A stretch of 64,000 nucleotides of DNA from Macrostomum lignano. Its lineage: Eukaryota. The notes under the pieces are model-generated. The model had not been told where the DNA came from, made no database searches, and saw nothing but the letters and a program-made list of their open reading frames with translations. Numbering within the stretch: the first letter of the stretch is position 1; each line of letters opens with the position of its first letter. Location: NCBI GenBank assembly GCA_002269645.1, contig NIVC01000349.1, positions 372,001 to 436,000 on the forward strand, given 5' to 3'. Below are positions 20,350-32,320 of this stretch, piece after piece. Made by a program: the position numbers and the translations under genes.

Positions 20350-23267
20350 CAAAGCATAGTGACCAAACGGTAGGCTCTTGATTTGGTCCTAGCCAAGCTC
20401 GCTTGTCTTCCAAATCGGTAGAGCGCGTTTGGTTTGTTCCATAGTGAAGAGCCTGTGTCGACGACTGCCGATTCCCCTAACTTGAACATCCATCTGTTTC
20501 AGCTGCTCATAGGCCTGTCGATAATCATCGTGCGAAATTTCTGCTTGTAGCACACATCTTTGTATCCCTTTAGCCGTCTTTTTAGCGTTGTGGTTGGCTT
20601 TCATAGAGTATAGTTTCGGTCGAAGAAGAATCCATTCCTCGTGCTGGCAACCAGCGGATTCATCCTTCACGCAATCCAATCGAGCCTGCAGGTCATCCGA
20701 CTTTAGCGGATGTTCAGCTGGTTAGTTGGATGTGTCGTGCAGTTGTTGTTCGATTAGCTAAGGCAAGACGTAACCGTAAAGATCAAGGTACTTAAAACTC
20801 AGAAAGAGTCTGTCTCCTCCACGTAAGTTAATGGTTTGGCCAACGGATGGATCGTGAAACAGCGGTTTTAATCGGTCGTTGAAAAGTGAGTACATGCTTA
20901 ATTTAGACTCATCTAAGACACACTGGCCAATGAATATTGGACGGTCAAGCGTCACAGTTGTCTTTGAAAACTGAAAGACGACTAGATTATTTGTAATGAT
21001 AGAGAAGGATTTCAAATTTGGCGCTCGGGCTGATGTGAGACTCTAACTACTTGCCGCTTTCTGACATTTCCATCGCATTGCCGAAAAGAGCGTTATTTTT
21101 CAACTTGTAATAGTCCTTTTCAAACTCGCTAGCTGCCAATGCTCGCTTCTTGCTGTTGCCCTCGATGTACGGCTGAAAAACTGGCGCTTGCCTAAATCGA
21201 TCTTCTTGATCTTCATTCCATGATGCAGATGGAATTTTACAATTCTACTGTGAGCAACGTAGTTCAGCTTATCATAGCACGTAAGCAATAGTTTCTTAGT
21301 ACCATGATACTGTGATACTGCTTCCCTAGTTCTTAAAGATGTTCAAGAAATAGAAATAGAAGAAATAGAACCCGCTGCTCCGGAAGTAGCTAGATAGTAC
21401 CGTTGTACTACCTATCGATTTGCCTGAAAAAGAACCTAAAACATTAGCCTTAGACTTGGTAGGGTTGCTGCCACCTTGGTGTGCGGACTCGACGCGTCGG
21501 CAGAGTTGTCTATCCGTCACCTGAAATAAAATAACGAAGTCGCTCGGAGCAAAGGCAAATCTGAAAAATGTCTCGGCAGTCGATCGTTCCTAGTAGATGC
21601 TGCTCGAACCTGAAAAACCTGAAATGAGAGAGAAGAGCTCGGAGGAGGCTTCAAGAGTTAGCCATGAAGCTTCGCGAGACGACGCAGGATGCGCTGCGAC
21701 GCGATCTGGAGAAAACAGCTCCCAGATGCTCCGTATTTATAGCCGAGCGGACCCCCAAAAGTCACGTGAGTTTCATGTGGTGAGCGCGTGAAACTTCCTT
21801 ATTTGGTCCTCAGAATCATGCGGGCGACGCGTGATCCAAGGCCAACTTCCAAATAAGGCAACCCTGTCATGCAGCAGTGGCGTGACTCAAGGTCAGTGGC
21901 CACGTACAGTGTGTGTGCACAGTCACGTGCTTATTCTGTGCTAAAAATAGAACTTGGGCGGATGAGGCAAGTCATCCTGTTTACTCCCTCTAGGCAGCCA
22001 TTACACTCCGCGCAGGTGATGAGTCATCCTGCTACGCCTCCTCAGCGCGAGTGGGAAGACATTGAGTGTGGCTGCCCACGCCTGCTCAGGCGATGAGTCA
22101 TCGGACAGTAAACACTTAGGCCCAGCACAGGGTAACTCTCTCACTAGATGAGGTGGACTGAGCAACTGTGCAGCGGATCACAGCACTCTTAGGGAAAGCT
22201 AATGAATGCTGCTGAATAGCCAGTTAGCAGCCAGTCACTACAATCCGTTTGATGAGCATGCAACGTGAACCACAGTTCTTTCATAAAGTCTGGAAAGTCT
22301 TCGAATTCTGGAGTGGACTTTTCTGGTGCAAGGCAGCTCTTTGGTTTCATCGTGAATTATTTCTGGATATTCGAGATCCAGCTCCAATAGATAAGCGAAT
22401 TCGTCGTCATCTCTCAACTGAAGAATTGTCATTTCATTCCATCGCTCGAGCTCTTCATTAGACACCCATTCAAATGAGTCCACTGGAAGTCTCATTGATA
22501 GCGCATGTACGTACAAATTGTTGATGTCAATTGGAACAAGAGATTCAGTGGTCGGAACATTCGAATCTGCTGCTGCAAAAGTTTCGTTGGAAAAAGTAGC
22601 TTCGGTCAAACGTGCGCAATGATAGCTAACAAAGGTAATTCCTCTAATGGTACGTATAAACTGGTACGTATCAACAAACTGGATGGTGAAATTCAGTACC
22701 TTTTTCTTGCCACTCTGCGTAACAATCTCAGCGACTGGAAACTCAGCTCGCATCGTAAGATACCTCTCAGATGTTTGTGGCACGACATTGATGCTCCAGT
22801 CCTGTATTCGATCAAGAGCGGTAGAAAAAACTAAGTGCGTCGTAATTTTTTAAATTGTGCAAAAACACTGGTAGAAAGCGCCTCCGTAGCTGAGCCGACA
22901 TGTTGCATCGGGCACAGGAAGCACCTTTTAAGAGTCCAGTAAGATGATCATGGTCTAGATGCTTGTCTATTGAGTTTCAGAAGCTCTGCTTGCAGTAGTG
23001 GCACTCTGTAGCAATCTCGAATGCATGGCGATCATCATGACTCAACTGAACCTTTTGGTAGCTGTATCTTCTGTTCCAATTGTAGATTTCACGGGCGGCT
23101 TTGTCAATTTCGCAAAGAAACCTATGCACTTGTTCGGATCTGAGTCGAGCTTGACGACTCCTTCGTCTTTTAAAGGCGGTCCTTTCATACCGCTCTTTGC
23201 AACAACAGTGAATCCGGCAGCTGCTGGAAGATGTTCTGCGAGCAGCCGAGGACCTGATGTTTGATCT
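20350..23267 (-). pseudogene. Polinton/Maverick-type protein-primed DNA polymerase B with endonuclease VII-like insert; frameshifted, internally deleted and split by a solo LTR
   Basis: CHYC...DHDHLTG...CN, FLHNLKNYD, DINNLY, LELDLEYP, FEKDYYKLKNNALFG, RPIFIGQCVLD.SK, KDE..G...LRPKLYS...KTAKG motifs appear in the expected order. Confidence 0.88.
21340..22242 (-). mobile_element. Solo LTR (903 bp) inserted in the PolB gene
   Basis: TGTAGTGA...TTGAACA termini (same first 8 nt as the Gypsy LTR above), TATAAAT at 21735-21741, two CArG boxes (21797-21806, 21849-21858); removing it rejoins the PolB frame. Confidence 0.7.
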
Positions 23268-23283
23268 TGCTGTTGCTGCTGCT

Positions 23284-24407
23284 GCTTTGTTTTTTGTATT
23301 GTTTTGTTGGGGCACAGGCGCCGAGGCCAGTCAGAGAAGGCTGCGCCTCGCAAGCGCCACTGACCTCGCGGGGGCGGCGGTCAGAACCAAGAGGCCCAAC
23401 TCGTCCTCGTCGAAAATAGAGAGCCTGGTGGGCCGGAGGGCCGGACAGCTGAGCCAGTGCTCCAGGTCCTCCGGACCGTCTTGGTAGCGCGGGCAGGTCG
23501 GGTCGGCGGCAGGGTTGACGACGTTGCAGTAGGCGCGGAGCAAGCTGCAGTGTCCCAAGCGGAGCCTCGCCAATAGCACCGCGTCTTGCCGGCTGCGCAG
23601 CTCGGCGCGGTCGCGGTCCCTGTTGAGGGCCCTGTAAACCGCGGCGGTGCGTGCGTGCGTGAGTGGCGGGTCTCCGAAGTGCCGCTTGATCGTCGCCAAC
23701 GCGCTGTGGTAGGAGATGGGTGCCGGGGCGGAATCAGCAGCGGCTGCCTGCTTGGCAGCCTCATCGGCCAGCTCGTTCCCGGGGATGCCGCAGTGTGCCG
23801 GGACCCATTGAAGCACCAGGGCGGCAGCTTGGCAGTCCAGGTCGAGCAGCGAGCAACGGGGCCTGTCGCTTAGGAGAGCCATGAGGAGGGCGCGGCTGTC
23901 CGTGCAGATGAGGACCCGTCCTGTGAATTGCTGGTTGCGGAGCCAGTTAGTAGCGAGCTGTAGAGACCGTCTCTCTTCATCGAAACTGCAGGTGTGCGGC
24001 GAGCCGGTGGCTGAGATCGTCGTGACCATCTCGGGGTCGGCCGGGTCGCCGCTGGTGACCACGCAGGCCGCACCACCGCGGGCGCAGCCGTCAGTGGCCG
24101 AGCCATCCGTGTAGAGCACTAGATCGGCTGCGCAATTGCGGATGGCCTTCAGGGCGCGCCTCCAAAGTGTTTCCTTAGCAGCGACCTCGGTCGAGAGCTC
24201 TTCGGTCTCCTCGGCCTCGCCAGCGGGCGCGGTGAGGTTGCAGCGGATCGTGCGCGTGGCTGGCGGTCGTTGCCAGGGGCAGAGGGGGAGCGCCGGCAGA
24301 GGTTCCCGGCTGTCCAGGTATCCCGGCATACTGGCCATGAGCTGCAAGGCACGGTGGCGCCAGCAACTCCTGGTCGTGTGGTAGCTGGCACATATTCATA
24401 TTGCTAC
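23284..24407 (-). mobile_element. 5'-truncated Ingi/I-group LINE (RNase H plus C-terminal zinc finger) with a 16-bp TSD
   Basis: LYTDGS, ICTDS, WVPAHCGIPGNELAD, RLRLGHC; TGCTGTTGCTGCTGCT at 23268-23283 and 24408-24423. Confidence 0.85.
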
Positions 24408-24423
24408 TGCTGTTGCTGCTGCT

Positions 24424-24482
<59 letters not shown>

Positions 24483-26256
24483 GCCCATGGACTACATCCT
24501 CTCGATCTTTCTGCCACGCATCCACCGCCAGAAGTCAAGCGCCCTCTCGGCCTTGGTGTTCAGATCCGCCAGCTCCCTGATGTCCATCTCTTCTCTCTTC
24601 CTCCAGGTCGCCGGGCAGTCCATCAGATGCTCGACATTTTCCTCTTGCGATCCGCAGTTCTGGCAGCTGCTGTCCTCATTTTTTCCGATGCGCTTCGCAT
24701 AGCTGGCGAGCTCTAAAGAGTGGCCGGTGCGGAGCCTCCTGAAGCTGGTGGCCTCTTCTCGGATGCTGTACCTTGGCTGCTTCGCCGGTCCTGTGGTGCT
24801 GTAGACCGTGACCGACCGAGGGTGCGTTCTTTTCCTGTCCTTTGCAACATGTCTGTTGATCCAGGCTTTGCTTATGGTCGACGGTCTCTTGCATGCCTCC
24901 TGCTCCTCGGCACTGGCCTCAGCCCACGCTCTGCCCGCTTCCTCGTCTGCCAGCTCGTTACCGGTCAGCCCGCAGTGCGCCGGTGTCCATGCAACCTTCA
25001 CGTGCTGGCCCCTGGCCTCGAGCGCCCTCATGCACAATCTGGCCGAAATGGCCGTCGGGTGTCTGCTGGTCCCTTGCAGCAGCCGGACGCAGCTTTGGCT
25101 GTCGCAAATGATGGCGGCGCTGGTCCAGTCCCTCCGCGCGTCCAGCCAGTCGAGCCCCAGGCAGGCCGCCCTAAGCTCCGCCTGCGTTGACGAGCATGGC
25201 TTCCCCGCCGCAGCTCTGGCTCTGTCCACGATCTGCTGGACACCTTCGACATCGTCCACGCTGGGTGTGCAGACCACGATGCCGCCGGCCCCGCTTATTG
25301 TCCTTGACCGAGCCGTCAGAGTAAATGAGCCAGTCAAGGTGTCCAAGCTTCTCGATGACTTCCAGGCCCTTGGTCCTGTTTTCGCAGTCGGTAGACGCTC
25401 TGGAGCCAGAGATGAAGGCCCTGTTCTTGCAGCTGTCTGCCCAGGGGGCCTCAGCAATGGCATCCTCGAGGACCGCGTCGGACAATCCGCTCATATTGAA
25501 GATATCCGCAGCCTGATGCCTCCAGCCTTTTCTTTTACACCTGTTAACTTGAACTTTCCGGAAGAGCTTGCCTCTGAGCGAGTCCTTATCTTTCCTGAGA
25601 AGCCTGTCGTACATGATGGCCCACCGCGCGTGGCAGAGGTCCTCAATCGGCACAAGGCCGCTTTCAGCCTCGAGCGCATCCGTCGGTGTGGTGGCCATCA
25701 ATCCGGTGATGATACGAGCGGCCATTCTCTGCGTGACCTCCATCTGGCGCCAGGTCTCTTTGGTGATTCAGGGGGTCCACGCCGAGGCGCCGTAGAGCAA
25801 GCCACTTTCGATTATTGCCTTATACGTTTGCCTGAGCAGTTGACTACTCCAGCCCCAGTCTGTGCCGGCGACGCGTCTGAGCAAGTTCATCTTCCTCCTG
25901 GCGCTGGCTATCACGGATTCTGCGTGCCGGTGAAACTTTAGCTGCGGGTCGAAGGTGAGACCGAGGAATTTGGGGTACTTGCACCACTTTAGCTCCACAT
26001 CATTGATGGTGATACCGTTGCTGTCCATCGTTTGGCCTCTGTGGCTGCAACTGAAGAGCGTGCATTTGCTGCCGGCCAGGGGCAGGAGCCATAAACGACT
26101 CCACCTCTGAATGGTGTCCGCTGCCCTCCTCTGCTGCTCAGCGGTCTCCGAGGTAGACTCGCAGGTGGTCCAAGTAGCAGGTCGTCGGCAAATCCGGAAA
26201 CGCTAATCCCGTGGAGACCTTCCAAGTCCTTGAGCAGATCGTCGATGTAGACAATG
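24424..26256 (-). mobile_element. 5'-truncated, frameshifted Ingi/I-group LINE (RT C-terminus, RNase H) with an (AC)n 3' tail
   Basis: YIDDLL...FADD, KFLGLTFD, IYSDGS, WTPAHCGLTGNELAD; (TG)n at about 24426-24479. Confidence 0.85.
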
Positions 26257-27192
26257 ACAGTCAGCTTACTACAGATAGATTATTGTCTCCAGAGTCAGTT
26301 GATTCGGTCCAATCAGAGCTACTTAATTCTGACCAATCAGTGTTAGTCGTCTCCGACCAATCACTTTCCGTCGTCTCAGATGAGGTTTCAGATTCAGACC
26401 GTATCTCATCGGACTCTGAATAGTCCGCAAGATCATTGCCTTGCATTAACTGAAATTTTGGAACGCGAAATATGCAGTAATGAGATATTTGAATAAATCT
26501 AGCGATTAATTAAAATGTCTCATTGTAAACTAAAATGATTCCCTTCGACGAAAAGCACTACTTTCAAAATAGCCTGAACTGCTAACAATCTTTCAGCCAT
26601 GGAAACAAAAATTGGAACAGTAACTTCAAAACTGCAAATTTAAATTTAATAAAGACGAATTCATAAATTAGCAAAAGTCAATTCTTTCACAGAGATGTTA
26701 TTATGCGAGGTAAGTATATTTAACGAAACTGAAAGTAAAGGTGTTATAATCGCAGCCAATACAAATTACATCGTTTACAAACATTTAAAGTAAATTTGAG
26801 TGTGTTGCTCAGAGAGAAGGAGAGAATTTGCTCAGAGAGAAGGAGAAAGCTAGAAAATTACATTGAAGTAAAAGTGATTCTATTACCATCAACATGCACG
26901 ACATAGCCAGCTCCATTCAAAGGCGGTAACACCAGGTTCAAAGTAAGATAGCTAGTAGCATTGTTATTGTTATTAATATGATTATTACCCGTAGCCTTTG
27001 AATCAGTTGCATCTGTAAGATTCGTCGGCGCCATCGCTGGTAAGTCAATTGACGCTAGTACGAGTAGCTCGTTGAGGTCATCCTGACCATTGAGAACAGT
27101 AACAGCTGGAACAGCATCAGAGGTGCCATCAGCGAGGGCGTCAGCAGCAGCAGATGTGGCACCAGCCAGGGGGTCAGCAGCAGCAGCAGCAG

Positions 27193-28030
27193 GTTGTTGT
27201 TGTTGTTGTAGATGTCTAGCTGCTTTCCGGTGGTTTCCTCTTCCACCACTCCCACATCTTCAGCGCTTCCTCTGCCTTCATGCAAACCTCACTCAGAACT
27301 CCGCTCCTCCATCCCCTCCAGCAGCTGTCCAGAACCGGGCAGGCCACCACGTGCTCGATGGTCTCCTCCTCCATGCCACACTGCCTGCAATTTCCATTCT
27401 GCTGCAGCCCGATTCTCTTTCTAAACGCTGCCAGCTCCAGCGAGTGTCCCGTATGCCATCTTCTAAAACTAACCTCCTCCTTCCTGCTCGTGAACTCCGG
27501 TTCTTTCCTTGGTCCCTCCGAGCCGCCGTACGTCGCCCTCATCCTCTCGGGCCTCCACACCTTCCTTCTACTCCGCCTCCTCGCCATCCTCGCCATCGTG
27601 CTCGCCATGACTCCAATTCCTTCATTGCTCACTTCCCTGACCGCCCGATTAGCCCATTCGTCCCCCACTTCGTTCCCTACGATCCCGCAGTGGCTCGGTA
27701 TCCACAGCATCACCATCTCCCGCCCTTCCATCTCGCTCAGCGCTTTTCTAATGCTGCAGATGATCGGGTTCTTGCTGGTCTTTTTGATAGCTTGGATCCT
27801 GCTTTTGCTGTCTGTCGCAATCACAGCTTTGTGCCAGTTGTTGTTAATTGCCAGCAACCTGATTGCCTCCTTCAACGCGTACAGCTCCGCCTGCATCGAG
27901 GACGCGAGCTGTCCGCCGGCCACCATTTGCCTCTCGACCACCGCGCCGTTATCGTACTTCGTCACCACCACGCTTCCCCCTCCTTTGCCTCCCTTATCAA
28001 TCGAACCATCCGTGAAAATCAATATGCATG
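27193..28030 (-). mobile_element. Ingi/I-group LINE 3' fragment (RNase H), (AAC)n tail pointing left
   Basis: IFTDGS, ATDSKS, WIPSHCGIVGNE, CRQC...EH; (GTT)5 at 27193-27207. Confidence 0.85.
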
Positions 28031-28244
28031 TGCGGCCAGCCCGGTGCAGCTTCGAGGAGGAAGACCTGGCGCACTGGCTCAGCTGCCCGGCCCTCGGCCA
28101 AGCCCGCTCGATATGTCTAGGCAGTGAGATTGAAGCTGATCTCAGCATCTTGACGGCCGATCCCTGGGTTCGGTGGCGCTGGCTCGGCGGTGTTTCTAGC
28201 ACCGCCGTGGCGCCCTTGCCCCTGCAAAGCAAAGCAAAGCAAAG
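28031..28244 (+). mobile_element. Second Ingi/I-group LINE 3' end, opposite orientation, (GCAAA)n tail pointing right
   Basis: EEEDLAHWLSCPAL...LSILTADP parallels the C-terminus EDLEHWLSCPAL...LLVLTAAP of the element at 23284-24407. Confidence 0.75.
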
Positions 28245-29990
28245 CAGCAGCAGCAGCAGCAGCAGAGAAAAATGAGATTTCATCAGGCTCAATGTGGTCG
28301 CCTTCTTCAAAAATCATAGGGCTATCGGGTTGAAGCATTTGGTTCCCTCGAATTAACGGCACCTGACGGATAGGAAATGCAATGGCTTCAACTCATGCTT
28401 TTTTCCGCTTCCTCCTGGCTGTGCATTGCTTCTCCTGGGATTAATTCAAAGTCGTCATCTGAGTTGATGCTGTGCTGCCACCTCTGTCTACACTTGCCGG
28501 GTGAATGACGCCGGCCATTAATTACTTGGCTTAGCAAGTTGGAGCGTAATTGCTTAGCAGCATCCAGCTGAGCCTTATGTCGGCTTGCCGCGGCCCTAAC
28601 AAACCGCCGAAATGAACGGGCTGCTTTTTCAGTACCGGGCAGCAGCTGATGTCCTCGATGAAAGAGCTCTTGGACTTTTTCGCCCCTTTCTCCGAGAAGA
28701 GAGCACATTTCTCTCATACTATAACAACACTGATAACTATACCCACTATTTTCATTAAATTATCATGCGTTGGTGTCCATTTTAACCCCGAGTCATAAAC
28801 GGACCCCCGGTAATAATTACTAGATAGCAACGCTTCCCCGCCCCATTCGCCATAAAGTTTTGCCCTCAAAAACAAGTCTAGACACACACAAGTTTTAAAC
28901 CTATGCTCGCAATTAACCACAAACACAGGCCCATAAACACTGTATTCAATTTTCCATTGTAAGGGGACTCAAATTTAAAGCATTTTTTATGCCAGTTTTA
29001 TCAAATTACTTAGAGCTACATGTATGTAATCATATACAAGATTCAATACTACAAACAAATTCAAACATATTTACGAATTGAAATGCTCTCATACAATAGA
29101 ATAATTCCTTATTTATTAAACCCCGCTCTCTGTAAGCAAGTGCATCAGAATTGGATAATCAAAGGCCCCTTTCCTTTTTTCTAAGTGTTCAGTAAAGGCC
29201 AGCCATTTATTTACACGCTAGCCAATTATAGCTTTGGTACCTGTGCACCCCTACCCCCCTCCGCCCCTTATAGCTAGACCTATAGGCTACTGTGGTGTTG
29301 CGCCACATTGCGGCCTATCCTTTAACATTGCCGCCTATCTCTCCAGTGCAAGTGCGTCAGAGTTGAACTAACCCCTACTACTGGTACAAGTATAGGACGG
29401 GGTGCCCTTTTACTACTACACCTTTCACTTCACAACACTTGGGAATAGTAAATCAGAAGTGTACTGTTACGTAACTCGCATTTGTCTGAGCCATGTTAAC
29501 AGCACAAATCCCCCATCTTAACGTAAAATTTTTCCTAGAATAATATGCTTCCATACTGGCTCTGGTGCGTCTTCAGGAGTCTAGCATGAGGAGCGCGGTT
29601 GCTGGTATGGCAAGCCTTGGCTTGGCGTGTCCCGAATTGGCAGAGCTGAACTTTGGAATTCAGGTCTCTATCCGCCCCGTAACTAAGAGTAGTGTCTAAT
29701 GTCTAGGCTGAAAGCTGAGTAAATGGTCCGCAACATTGTATTGGATTCGGATGATGATATTCGAGTGTAAGCTACTTATGCATGCATATAGTTAGTAGTA
29801 TTTCATGGCTAGCATTTAATCCGTTGAAGCAAACTTTATTGGCTGTCATGACTTAAATTTGCTGCTAAATTTGAGTGGATTGTACAATAAACAACTTCAC
29901 GAAGCAGATAAAAGCCGGCGTCTATCATTACCCAGTCGTGGAATCTATCAACTAGATATCAAAGAAGCCCTCAACTAACAGCGCTCAGAC

Positions 29991-30434
29991 ATGCAACAGC
30001 AGCAAAAGCACTTCGAGCCACCCAGAATTCACGTCGAAGACGACCGACCGCCCACTCCGCCAAGCCGCGAGCCGGTCAATCCGCCAGCTGTCGATGCGGC
30101 CGACCGAAATCTGTACCTCAACGAGCCGGGGACGGAGCCGACAGAGGATGCTGCGAGCTTAGCGTCCGAGGCACCTGCGGCCCCTGCAACGGCCACTGCT
30201 GGGTCGCAGCCACCACCGCTGTCGCCTCAGCTGTCCCAACCAGGCGTGGCAGCACCGTCCTTCACGATAGAGATTAACAAAGTTGTGTATAGAATTGCGC
30301 GAGCCAATATCTCGGTGGCCACTGTGGCTGGACAGGCGGACGTCAGTGTATCACTGGAACTGGGAGCTCCAGCAAAGCAAATTAGCGAGGACACGTCTTA
30401 CGTTAAATCGCTTAAAAATTCATTTAAGGATTCC
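29991..30434 (+). CDS. Unidentified multi-exon gene, exon 1 (Pro/Ala-rich N-terminus)
   Basis: ATG ORF ending at TCC|GTAAGT. Confidence 0.7.
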
Positions 30435-30653
30435 GTAAGTTTTGCGAATTTACCGAAGAGTATTGTGATTTTTCTATTAAAAGTGCTTACTAGTTTGGTT
30501 TTTTTATAAATGCAAGATTAAAACACGACTATGTGGAAACATGCATGCATTAAGCTTTTGATAGATCAGCCTGTGTATGAGTACTATTGAAATTTATTGA
30601 AATTGTGGTTGAAATTTTGATTCAATCATGCAACTTGTATTCATTTGTTTCAG

Positions 30654-30661
30654 AAACGAGC
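30654..30661 (+). CDS. Same gene, probable 8-nt microexon (AAACGAGC)
   Basis: tttgtttcag|AAACGAGC|gtaaga; supplies the needed phase 0 to phase 2 change. Confidence 0.55.
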
Positions 30662-31047
30662 GTAAGAGGCCTTTAATCTTTGTAAACAATTATAATGTAT
30701 CGGACATTTTCATTCAGTAGTTTAACTTTCAATGTATGGCCGTGTATGTGACATGCTAAATTCGTTATACGTCGCATGACAGCATGATAGATTATTCCCA
30801 TCGTACCGCGCATTCCAATAAATTTATTTCGAATTAATAACTGCAGTAAGTGCATGCAAAATTTGCTGAATTGTGCTTTGCTACTTTATAAAACACGCCT
30901 GCGCCTTGCCCTTATGCTGCTATCCTGCGTAAAGGAAGCGATTGTTTACAAAATTCGCGTCTAACTTTAACACTACTGTATCAGCCGCTGCCTATGTCTA
31001 ACGTGAAATTATCTTGCAACCAACCCCCCCCCGCCCTTCGCACTCAG

Positions 31048-31236
31048 CATACTGGGCGCTGCAAACAGGATATTCAAGCCAGGCAAGAGCCGGCAATCCA
31101 TTGGTAGCGAATTCTTTGAGCCAGCAGAGCCAACAACGCCAACATTAGAAATGCCTGAGGAATGTGCAACTGATAGCCATCAGCTGTCGGCTGGGGCAGC
31201 TGCTGCGCAGACTAGCAGCTCAGATGCCGATGCTGG
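31048..31236 (+). CDS. Same gene, exon (alternative acceptor at 31069 has the same phase)
   Basis: Open frame ILGAANRIFKPGKSRQ...SSDADAG; ends at GG|GTAAGC. Confidence 0.65.
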
Positions 31237-31841
31237 GTAAGCGAATTATTGTTTGTTAATCGTACAGCATTGTACGCACCTTCCATCTGCGCAGGCAAAA
31301 TGTCACTATATTTCCTATTTAGGCTTCTATGTGTTTGCATCGCCTACTAGACCTAGAATGATGTGATATGAGTTTTATGGCAAGCGCATCTTTTCAGATG
31401 TTGGTTAAATTTTTGGGGAGTATAAAGTAGTCGATATGTGTTTCTGTGGTGACACCCATTAAAATAATTGAGAGTCGATATCAACCTGACGTAACGCTGA
31501 GGCAATTCTATTTTTTGCAGTCTTTTAAAGTCAAGATTGAAATGGTATATTGCACTTAGCAATATACCAAGTTAAGATTTTACCTACTACCTCATGGCAG
31601 TGAATATAAGCACTAAAACCCAGCGGCCAGATTTTTTCGCGCATTGCAAAAATCCCAAGTTATAGATGTAACTGACTATAGATGGAATGTAGATGAAGCT
31701 GATAACTTTATCCTACTCCTGGTAATTCAAATATTTTCACTACTGAATGTATGTCCTGTATGGTCCTTGTCTGCAAGTAACTTTATTTGAAAATGCATTC
31801 AAATGTAACGATATAGTCATTGATCGATAAAAAAACTGCAG

Positions 31842-32015
31842 CAATCGCGACACGTTTAGCGATGCCGAGAGGCAGCCGAGACAGACTACGGCGTCATCTA
31901 GCCAGGAGAACACCATCGAAAGCGACATCGTGCACCCGCAGCGATCCGGTGACGAGACAGGAGAAGCTCAGACAACAAAGCCGAAAGAAACAAAGACTAA
32001 ACATAAGAGGGCAGG
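31842..32015 (+). CDS. Same gene, exon
   Basis: cag|C AAT...GCA GG|GTAAAT, phase 2 to phase 2, open frame. Confidence 0.65.
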
Positions 32016-32130
32016 GTAAATCGGTTTTCTATTTTTGAAGTCAATTTTGACAATCGAGATTGAAGTGGTACGAGTATATTCCACTTTGCAATATACCACG
32101 TTAAGATTTTACCTACTACGATTGCATTCA

Positions 32131-32320
32131 GTGGAGTTAGACTCATGACTAGTGGTTAGAGAGTCTGACTCACGACTGGAAGCTTGGAGGTTCGATTCTC
32201 GACCCACTCGCAACAATCTGTGTCCATGAGCAAGACACTTAACTCTGCATTGCTTCAGTTCACCCCAGCTGTAAAATGGGTGCCAGCATTAGCAGGGATA
32301 ATTGAGGGTGTGTGTGGCGA
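32131..32320 (+). mobile_element. tRNA-derived SINE-like element
   Basis: A box TAGTGGTTAGAG, B box GGTTCGATTC, body TGTCCATGAGCAAGACACTTA; a homologous copy lies at 61700-61880. Confidence 0.75.

Larger units (their letters stand above)
26858..28717 (-). pseudogene. Unidentified ORF interrupted inside a poly-Ala tract by a composite LINE insertion
   Basis: ...PDEISFFSAAAA (to 28245) rejoins AAAAADPLAGATS...RITFTSM* (27190-26858) in frame; a further frameshift lies near 28390. Confidence 0.6.

Noticed and set aside
26261-26446. Ser/Asp-rich short ORFs as the PolB N-terminus
   Set aside because: Low complexity, no polymerase motifs, and no matching TSD for the adjacent LINE.
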